DNA of 64,000 nt from Armatimonadota bacterium. Lineage in GTDB: Bacteria; Armatimonadota; UBA5829; DTLH01. Shown here piece after piece: positions 26,144 to 33,366 of this stretch (position 1 is the stretch's first letter; each line of letters begins with the position of its first letter). The stretch is taken from the NCBI GenBank assembly GCA_029551395.1, contig JAKPFN010000014.1, positions 319 through 64,318 of the forward strand, given 5' to 3'. The notes beneath the pieces were generated by a model. It was given only the letters and a program-made list of their open reading frames with translations. It was not told where the DNA came from and ran no database searches. A program made the translations under genes and the position numbers.

Positions 26144-28288
26144 TCACGCTGAATAGAATCCACTCAGATAATGTTTACAGATGAACTGCTCTACACGCCA
26201 GGTAGACTTGCCATTTTCTGTAAACTCATAAACGCCATTAGCCCGAGTCATAAAGCCGAGTTCCACCATGTAGCGCCTTGTTGCGCAGTAATCAGAACAG
26301 ACCTGGGCAATACCCTCAGTAACATCGCGCTCGCTGTAATTTTTCATCTCAGACAGGCCAAAACGCATCACTGCATCAGGCGATATATTCGCTACCGGAT
26401 TTACCTTCCGGCGCTTCTCAGCCAGTCTCATATCAACATCCGATAGCTTAGGCTCTCTGCGTCGAATTCCTCCGAAAACCGCTTTAGCTGCAATTTTCTG
26501 CAGCTTTGCATCACCATTTCGCATCAATTCCTGCAGTGCGACCTGCGAGCTTACCGTTCCCATCTCACCAAGCGCTGCTGTCGCTGCTTCGCGGACTTGC
26601 CTTTCCTTACTGTTTGTCATCTCGATTAAAAGATGCTCAGCCTGCCCTATTTGCAACCTGCCAAGTGCTGTTATAGCTACAGCCTTTTCCTGCCCTTTGC
26701 TGTTTTGTACAAGGTTTATCAACTCTTCAGCAGATGCAATATCGCCAATCTCCGATAGCGCGAAGACCGCCGCAACCCTGACTGCAGTCTCAGTATCCGA
26801 AAGAAAACCTCTTATAAGGCCCGAGTAATCACCTGCTTGCAGATGTCCCAGTACTCTAACAGCCTGGCTGCGAAGCTCTAAAGGTCCATGTTCCGCAATA
26901 GATGCAGCCTCCTTCGCTAAATCATCTAACAGCCCGCCGCCGATGTCTTCCACACGAAGCGGAGACCACTTTTCACGAGTACGCAGGTCGTTCAGAAACT
27001 GCTCCCGGCTGACTTCATACATTGTTCCTGGACAAAGCGACCTTGCTATATACTCAAGCCCCAGCAGACCGGCAGCCTGTTGCTTCACATCGTTGCTTTT
27101 CAGCATCTTCAGCAACTCATCACCAAAACGCGCTCCAGTTCTGACCAATGCCTGCAGAACCCATGAAGACTGGCTCTCCTTACTACCGTATGTTGCAATA
27201 AAACGCTCCTTCAGAATAGGAAACGCTGCATCAGCATAACACATCAATGTATTCACAAAGAGTACTGCAGGGCAGGAGTGTCTACAAGCCTGAATCATAT
27301 CCAGCAGTATTCCGGCCTTTGCCTGTTCATCCGCAGAATGCATGACGAGCCTGTCCAGAAGCATGTAAGCATCTCGTGACGCCATATTCGACATACCATC
27401 TCTAGGATCAACAATCCCGCACCTGGAAGCATACTGCACCAGGATATCCCGAGCACGCGATGCCCTTGGCTCCTGTCCAGAAAAACAGCAGTCCAGCACA
27501 ATATCTATTGCTTCACTTCCAAGGTGAGGCAGCAGAATGGCAAGATTTCCGATTGCATCTTCTGCTGTTACCATCAACTCTATCAAACGCTCTGGAGACT
27601 TTCTGAGGACTATACTTAACCTCTCCGGCGCATTTGGTTCATCGTTGAACATACGCAAAAGAACTGCAATCTCAGCTTGTACTACTTCTTTGAACCTGTC
27701 ATCCGGGATGGCAGGGATTTCTTGATGTTCGGTCATTTGCTCCATTACCTCTTTCAGTGCTTGACGCGCACGATGCAGGCGGCTCATAACCGTACCCTTG
27801 GATATCTCAAGGAACCTGGAAATCTCGTCATAGGACAACTCTTCATAATAATGCAGGACCAGGACAAGGCGGTGGGACGCTGACAGCGATGCAAGACCAT
27901 AGGACATCCGGGCATAAATAGACCGGTCTTCCATATCATCTTCAGCCGCAGCAATCTGTTCTTCTTCCAGCTCAACAAACTGATGGCTGTTGCGTCGGTA
28001 CCACATCCTGCAGACGTTGAGTGTCAGAGCCTTCAACCAGCCTGCGAACCTCTCCGGGTTGCGAAGCTGCCCCAGCTTCAGGTAGGCTTCCACAAATGAG
28101 TCATGCGCTAACTCCTCAGCATCCGGCACATTGCCGGCCATATTGAGGCATACACGATAAACCATTGTGTAGTACCGGTCCATAAGCAGGCTGAACGCCT
28201 CTTTGTCTCCCTCCAACACTGCTGAAATTAATTTACTATCGTCCACCTTATCTGCTCCTGCACAATGTTGCATTGAGCACCACTGCAT
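26144..28288 (-). CDS. ECF-type sigma factor fused to a long C-terminal extension containing HEAT/PBS-lyase-like repeats
   Basis: Track ORF 26144..28339, of which ~715 aa are used. The N-terminal ~200 aa have sigma region 2 ('DKEAFSLLMDRYYTMVYRVCLNMAG...DSFVEAYLKL') and region 4 ('LSYDEISRFLEISKGTVMSRLHRARQALK'). Residues ~560-650 carry repeats 'AVRVAAVFALSEIGD', 'AVAITALGRLQ' and 'VREAATAALGEMG'. Confidence 0.7.
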   Translation of the reverse strand: MQWCSMQHCAGADKVDDSKLISAVLEGDKEAFSLLMDRYYTMVYRVCLNMAGNVPDAEELAHDSFVEAYLKLGQLRNPERFAGWLKALTLNVCRMWYRRNSHQFVELEEEQIAAAEDDMEDRSIYARMSYGLASLSASHRLVLVLHYYEELSYDEISRFLEISKGTVMSRLHRARQALKEVMEQMTEHQEIPAIPDDRFKEVVQAEIAVLLRMFNDEPNAPERLSIVLRKSPERLIELMVTAEDAIGNLAILLPHLGSEAIDIVLDCCFSGQEPRASRARDILVQYASRCGIVDPRDGMSNMASRDAYMLLDRLVMHSADEQAKAGILLDMIQACRHSCPAVLFVNTLMCYADAAFPILKERFIATYGSKESQSSWVLQALVRTGARFGDELLKMLKSNDVKQQAAGLLGLEYIARSLCPGTMYEVSREQFLNDLRTREKWSPLRVEDIGGGLLDDLAKEAASIAEHGPLELRSQAVRVLGHLQAGDYSGLIRGFLSDTETAVRVAAVFALSEIGDIASAEELINLVQNSKGQEKAVAITALGRLQIGQAEHLLIEMTNSKERQVREAATAALGEMGTVSSQVALQELMRNGDAKLQKIAAKAVFGGIRRREPKLSDVDMRLAEKRRKVNPVANISPDAVMRFGLSEMKNYSERDVTEGIAQVCSDYCATRRYMVELGFMTRANGVYEFTENGKSTWRVEQFICKHYLSGFYSA

Positions 28289-28537
28289 TTTTGCGCTTCC
28301 AAATAGAGGATGCAGCAACTTGCCAAATATTCCATTCATCGGGGAAATTTGTTCTTTATCAGAAAAAAACTCCGCTGTCTTGAATCACTACCCATTGTAT
28401 CCTATGTCGTCCAGCTATTACAGCATCCTGGCTTATTCTGTGTGTTGTCATGCTCTACAGTGGGTATGTTAACTGTAAAGCCTGCAAAATTAAATCAACG
28501 CAGCTTCCGAAAAATGATTGTGCATCAGGAGGTCAAT

Positions 28538-29689
28538 ATGATTCGCGCAGCGATATTTCCAAATAAATACATCCAGGGCCGCAATGCTATCAGAGAAATA
28601 GCAAATTTCATTGAACCAATCGGCGAGTCTGCCGTTTTACTTGTGGACAGAAACGTCCGCAGCTTCATCGAACCTGCAATAATGGATTCTGCCCAAACAA
28701 AAGGCATTAATATCCAGTCCATTGAGTTTGGCGGAGAATGTACATGGGATGAGGTAAACCGAATAGCCGATGTAGCCAGGTCCGTTGATGCACAGATGAT
28801 TATAGGCGCAGGTGGAGGTAAGACTCTCGATACAGCAAAGGCTGCAGCAATAAAATCTGACCGAAGAATGATAGTCCTGCCTACTACAGCTTCCACTGAC
28901 GCTCCAACAAGCGCTCTTTCAGTCATTTATACGGCTCAGGGAGAATTTCAGGAGTATTTCTTCCTGCCAAGAAACCCGGATGTAGTACTTGTAGACACTC
29001 AAATCGTCGCCAATGCACCTGCAAGGTTTCTGTCAGCAGGTATGGGAGATGCTCTTGCCACCTGGTTTGAGGCAGACACTGCTTCCAGGGCTGGTGCTAA
29101 GAACATGGCCGGAGGTTTTACTACCAGTACCGGGCTGACACTGGCTCGACTGTGCTTCGACACATTGATTGAATACGGCCCTTCAGCACTGAAGGCTGCG
29201 GAACAACATGCAATAACTCCAGCACTCGAAAGGGTTGTTGAAGCAAATACGCTGCTTTCAGGTCTTGGCTTTGAAAGCGGTGGACTGGCAGCAGCCCACT
29301 CGATCCACAACGGATTGACGGAACTCAAGCAGACGCATGACTACCTGCACGGCGAAAAGGTCGCATTTGGAACACTGACTCAGCTTATTCTGGAGGACAG
29401 AAGCCAGGATGAGATAATGACAGTGCTCGCTTTCATGACCGCAGTCAGCCTTCCTGCCTGTTTTGAAGGGATAGGTCTGAAAAACGTCTCAAGAGACGAC
29501 CTCCGACGCGCAGCCGAAGCAGCAACTGCAGAAGGTGAAACAATCCACAACTTGCCGTTTGAAGTTAGCGTAGATGATGTGGTAGACGCAATGATTGCCG
29601 CTGATTCGCTTGGAAGGACCATTCCCGGAGCCTGCGGTTGGCAGGAACGCGAAGAGGAATTGGAAAAAGAACCTGCACCAGCGATGTAA
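28538..29689 (+). CDS. Glycerol dehydrogenase-like iron-containing/zinc alcohol dehydrogenase (GldA family)
   Basis: Start reassigned to the ATG at 28538, after 'caggagg'. 'GAGGGKTLDTAKAAA', the 'VLPTTASTDAPTSALSVIY' block and 'AAHSIHNGL' are typical of GldA/Fe-ADH. Confidence 0.8.
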   Translation: MIRAAIFPNKYIQGRNAIREIANFIEPIGESAVLLVDRNVRSFIEPAIMDSAQTKGINIQSIEFGGECTWDEVNRIADVARSVDAQMIIGAGGGKTLDTAKAAAIKSDRRMIVLPTTASTDAPTSALSVIYTAQGEFQEYFFLPRNPDVVLVDTQIVANAPARFLSAGMGDALATWFEADTASRAGAKNMAGGFTTSTGLTLARLCFDTLIEYGPSALKAAEQHAITPALERVVEANTLLSGLGFESGGLAAAHSIHNGLTELKQTHDYLHGEKVAFGTLTQLILEDRSQDEIMTVLAFMTAVSLPACFEGIGLKNVSRDDLRRAAEAATAEGETIHNLPFEVSVDDVVDAMIAADSLGRTIPGACGWQEREEELEKEPAPAM

Positions 29690-29714
29690 AACAGCATCAC
29701 AAGTGTCGATGTTT

Positions 29715-29741
29715 AGGGGACGGCTTATTGAACCGTCCCCT
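29715..29741. terminator. Hairpin between convergent genes: 9-bp stem, 9-nt loop
   Basis: aggggacgg-cttattgaa-ccgtcccct, located between the stop of the gldA-like gene (29689) and the stop of protease paralog 1 (29779). On the plus strand 'ggatttatcat' follows. Confidence 0.45.
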
Positions 29742-29778
29742 GGATTTATCATATAACGAAGTTCTGAAAACCCTTCAG

Positions 29779-32595
29779 CTACTTCACAACCTTCACTTTT
29801 ATGACAACCTGATCGCTTGTCCTCAGCCCATCGATAACAAAGAACCTGTACTCTATCTCCTTTGGTTCATTCGGAGCTGTAGCTTTCAGTATTGGGTCTT
29901 TAGAGAGATCAGCTCTCAGCCAATGTCCATTCTCAGACCATCTGTATATCAGTGGCTGGCCTTCAGGATCGTAGCTCTTTGATCCGTCGATAACATACTC
30001 TTCGCCGCACTTCACTACAATCTCTTCTGGAGCAATAGCCACCGGTTTCAAGTTCTTCTCCTTGATGGCATCCGGGATAACAGGCTTCACTACAGGCGTG
30101 ATGCCTGTCGATGGCTGCAGACTTGTCCGCTTGGTGAATATACCACGAATCCTCTCACCTCTGAAGAATGCTTCGTTCATCTCAGTAAGCGGCAGCCAGT
30201 GGAATTCAGCCTGGTCTCCGCTGACAATCTTCAGAAGGATCAGCCCTTCAACGCTCCAAACATTCGGAGTGAAGGCAGTGTCAGTCTTTGCGGTTCCATA
30301 GGGGTTCCAGACTCCAATCGCACCATCTACGTCATCTGTGTCCGGCGAGTCCCAGGTCGAGTCAGTCTCTCTGGGAATGATAAACCGTCCGTCCTTGTCG
30401 GTATTGCCCATGAACTTCGGTCTATCGGCAAAATATTTGGTCCCAGCATCCTGTGCGCCGGTCTGTGACACATGGTATACATAAACAGCCGCGCCTGAAA
30501 GCGGCTCATCGTTAACATCATATATCTGCAGAACATGCCCAAGGCTTGGAATCAACCTGCCTTGAGTTCCCCAGAACTTCTCTCCCCGATACCCGGCAAA
30601 ATACTGCACTTGACCTGCATGTGCCGGATGCAGCCACATGTGGCAGTAGTCCATAAGCGGGGTATATCCGCCGCCGCAGGGAATAGTCTGCGCTGAAGAG
30701 CACATTACGCTGCCATGCGACACATCCGGTAGAAGCTCTCCACCCGCATAATACTCACCATTCTCATCTTTCAGAAAGATGTTGTCTACCTTTACCGGAT
30801 AGCCATACAGGTCTGGCAGTGCTATGCAGCAGTGACCAAACTCATGAACCAGCCCAGATGATATAACCAATTGATTCCCTGACTTGTTGTCGGCAACAGG
30901 GAAACCTCCGTCATAAAGGTGTGCTTCAAGGTCGTAAGGCTCCTTACTGAGGTCATCCGACGAAAGCGCATAGAACGCATCGGTGCGGATGGCATCTTTA
31001 ACACCAACAGGGCTTGTAGTCGGGTAGACTGCTTCCTGAAGCATCAAAGTGACTCTGTGAGCCTGTGCGTTGAACCAGTCATAGTAGCTGAACGAACCGA
31101 CCATATTGATTTTCTTAGCATCATAGTCGTCATCCAGTACGCATTGCTTATACCCCCAGCGCATAGCACGGGCAGTATTCAACTCGCAGCGTTCGTTGTT
31201 GGCTTCACAGATTTCCCCTATCTTCTTATCAGGGTCTACTGTTACTTTAATCCATACCGGATCATTGGGCCAGGTATAGTTGAAAGTCAATTTGATCTCT
31301 TCCCGCGGCTTCATTGACTTCTCAATGACCTGCTCTTGAGTCTCGACTGGTTTCTCATCCTTATCCAGCCGGAAATTACCGTTTTTATCAGGAATAAGCT
31401 GGAACCGGACTACTGCACCTGCAGGAACGTCTCTATAGCCAAAGTTGGCAATATGCGCCACAGCCTGCACCCGCTCTCCTGGAGCCGGCCACCATTTAGG
31501 ACCATTAGATGAGTAACGAGGAAGCCGCGAAACACAATACAAGTCCAAATCAGGCTGTTCAGGAGAGATAACTTCAATGTTATAGGCGTCTTTCATCCCT
31601 CTGAACTCGGCAGTGAGCTTGCACTTGCCGACTGACTTGCCAGTTACAATACCGTCTTTGTCTACGGTGGCAACTTTCTCATCAGATGTGGACCACTTGA
31701 TAAACGGTTTTGCGTCAAAATCAGACCAGTTGCCATATCCCGCGATATTCTCAGTGATGCGAACCATCTGTCCATCCAGCTTAGCCCGCATGCCAAACTG
31801 CTTGGGACATCCGTTGACGACTCTCTTGTCAGACGGCACATCACACGCATCAGGATCTATCTTTATGGCAGTAAACGGAGCTGTCGCGAAATAATCCCGG
31901 TAAACAACGCTTATCATATCACGAGACAGCTCAGTTTTAGCCTCTTTGCGGATGATAAGTTCGTCCATAGCCGCATCTGAGGTCTCATCGCCGATGTAAA
32001 GCCGCTTATCATCCATCTTCTGAACATCAAAAAACTGGTTGCCGCTTGCAATCGGGCCATCGACAGCAACCTTATCGATCCAAAGCGGCATACCAAGCGG
32101 CTTATTATCTTTACTGAACCACACGATAGCGATATGGTGCCACTGTCCGGCCTTCCAGTCAGAAACATCAGCACGGGATGATGTAACTTTCTTTGGAGAG
32201 GCCATAACATACCGGAGGAATCCCTTTTCAGACTTCTCCACAAGCAGTCCGTTCTTATTCATATCACCAACACGGAGGATAACATGCCTCTTACCATCAT
32301 TCCCATTCCAGTTGGGCTTTATCCAAAAACTGATGTAACCAGATTCCTGCGAAAGATTGACTCCTTCGATGGCTGCAGGTCTTGAAAGCAAGACTCCTTT
32401 TCCCGCAGTGCCTGGAACTTCAGGAAGTCCGGCTGCAGGACTGCTCATTCTAGCGCTATTATCAAAAGCAGCATCACTGAACCAACTAAGCAAGGTTTCT
32501 GCCGACTCCAAATCTGCACAAAACAGCGGAGCAGCAGCCAACAACCCGAGCAGTACAAATAATACAATTAACCTCAAAATGCGGCTCCTTTCCAT
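29779..32595 (-). CDS. Large secreted multidomain zinc metalloprotease-like protein, paralog 1 (LamG-like + BIG2 + M6/InhA-like zincin + C-terminal Ig/PKD-like)
   Basis: 938 aa with a signal peptide 'LIVLFVLLGLLAAAPLFCA'. LamG/ConA-like block ('FWIKPNWNGNDG...QWHHIAIVW'). BIG2 ('VATVDKDGIVTGKSVGKCKLTAEF'). Zincin motif 'LVHEFGHCCIALPDLYGYP'. C-terminal 'SKSYDPEGQPLIYRW'. Confidence 0.6.
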   Translation of the reverse strand: MERSRILRLIVLFVLLGLLAAAPLFCADLESAETLLSWFSDAAFDNSARMSSPAAGLPEVPGTAGKGVLLSRPAAIEGVNLSQESGYISFWIKPNWNGNDGKRHVILRVGDMNKNGLLVEKSEKGFLRYVMASPKKVTSSRADVSDWKAGQWHHIAIVWFSKDNKPLGMPLWIDKVAVDGPIASGNQFFDVQKMDDKRLYIGDETSDAAMDELIIRKEAKTELSRDMISVVYRDYFATAPFTAIKIDPDACDVPSDKRVVNGCPKQFGMRAKLDGQMVRITENIAGYGNWSDFDAKPFIKWSTSDEKVATVDKDGIVTGKSVGKCKLTAEFRGMKDAYNIEVISPEQPDLDLYCVSRLPRYSSNGPKWWPAPGERVQAVAHIANFGYRDVPAGAVVRFQLIPDKNGNFRLDKDEKPVETQEQVIEKSMKPREEIKLTFNYTWPNDPVWIKVTVDPDKKIGEICEANNERCELNTARAMRWGYKQCVLDDDYDAKKINMVGSFSYYDWFNAQAHRVTLMLQEAVYPTTSPVGVKDAIRTDAFYALSSDDLSKEPYDLEAHLYDGGFPVADNKSGNQLVISSGLVHEFGHCCIALPDLYGYPVKVDNIFLKDENGEYYAGGELLPDVSHGSVMCSSAQTIPCGGGYTPLMDYCHMWLHPAHAGQVQYFAGYRGEKFWGTQGRLIPSLGHVLQIYDVNDEPLSGAAVYVYHVSQTGAQDAGTKYFADRPKFMGNTDKDGRFIIPRETDSTWDSPDTDDVDGAIGVWNPYGTAKTDTAFTPNVWSVEGLILLKIVSGDQAEFHWLPLTEMNEAFFRGERIRGIFTKRTSLQPSTGITPVVKPVIPDAIKEKNLKPVAIAPEEIVVKCGEEYVIDGSKSYDPEGQPLIYRWSENGHWLRADLSKDPILKATAPNEPKEIEYRFFVIDGLRTSDQVVIKVKVVK

Positions 32596-32686
32596 TATGA
32601 ATCACTAAAACAAAGGAATGGGATTAGGGGTTTTGACGAACAGCCTTGCCCTGAGATAGAGAGCAGGATTTAACACCTGACCAATT

Positions 32687-33268
32687 CTACTCCTCAATGG
32701 AAAACAGGAATGTACAAGGCAGTTTACCGCTGCTTGCCAGCGCTGAAGTTCTGACTGTGCAAGACACCTTACGCCCCAGCGCGTTTTGGAGATGATGCTT
32801 CACATGTCCGCCGCAGCAGTAGCAGTAAGTAATTGACACACTCTCTTTAGCTTTTGGCAAACAGACACACCTGTAATGCTCCAGCCCTTCAGGTGCAAAG
32901 CTCACAAGCACTTTTCCATCATCCTGCATTGTCACGCTGTGCCCGAAAACAAATCTGGCTTCATTTGCAGCCATTATTCTGTCTTCCAGGCTTTCGTGAG
33001 TCTTAGCTATTCCCTTGCTGATCTCTTCTCTTTTTCCTCCAAGACAACAAGCACAGGCTTCGCGGATCGAATACCGGGTTTTAGGTTCGATCAGCGCATC
33101 CATCCGGCTCATTGCACATCTCAGCCAATCGGCCTTCTTCTCTGGAGAAGTGTTTCTTCTAATCAACTCACCACCTGCCATAATCTCATCCATTACTTCC
33201 CGAGAAACCCCAGCCTGCTCAAGCTTAGCTGCCAGAACCTTTATCCGGCCATACTCGTAATCAGCCAT
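32687..33268 (-). CDS. Cysteine-rich cytoplasmic protein of unknown function (putative metal-binding)
   Basis: 193 aa with no signal peptide. Cys clusters 'CACCLGG', 'CVCLP' and 'CYCCGGHVKHH'. It lies between the two protease paralogs on the same strand. Confidence 0.4.
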   Translation of the reverse strand: MADYEYGRIKVLAAKLEQAGVSREVMDEIMAGGELIRRNTSPEKKADWLRCAMSRMDALIEPKTRYSIREACACCLGGKREEISKGIAKTHESLEDRIMAANEARFVFGHSVTMQDDGKVLVSFAPEGLEHYRCVCLPKAKESVSITYCYCCGGHVKHHLQNALGRKVSCTVRTSALASSGKLPCTFLFSIEE

Positions 33269-33312
33269 TTACCTCATCCCTTTAAAAAGCATTGTTATCG
33301 CAGCTTGCAATG

Positions 33313-33347
33313 AAAAATCAGCCTCCGAAAGCAAATCCGGAGGCTGA
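33313..33347 (-). terminator. Rho-independent terminator downstream of protease paralog 2
   Basis: On the minus strand: stem tcagcctccg, a 10-nt loop, stem cggaggctga, followed by UUUUU (complement of aaaaa at 33313..33317). Confidence 0.6.
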
Positions 33348-33366
33348 CAGTTTTATCGCATAACAA

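Noticed and set aside
25956-26147. 63-aa minus-strand ORF between the sigma-HEAT gene and hisC
   Set aside because: It lies within a low-complexity A/T-rich intergenic region containing an 11-bp inverted repeat (gacgaggaaag...ctttcctcgtc). Its translation ('FLFFYFLSSSP') is not protein-like. This is more likely a terminator/UTR region.
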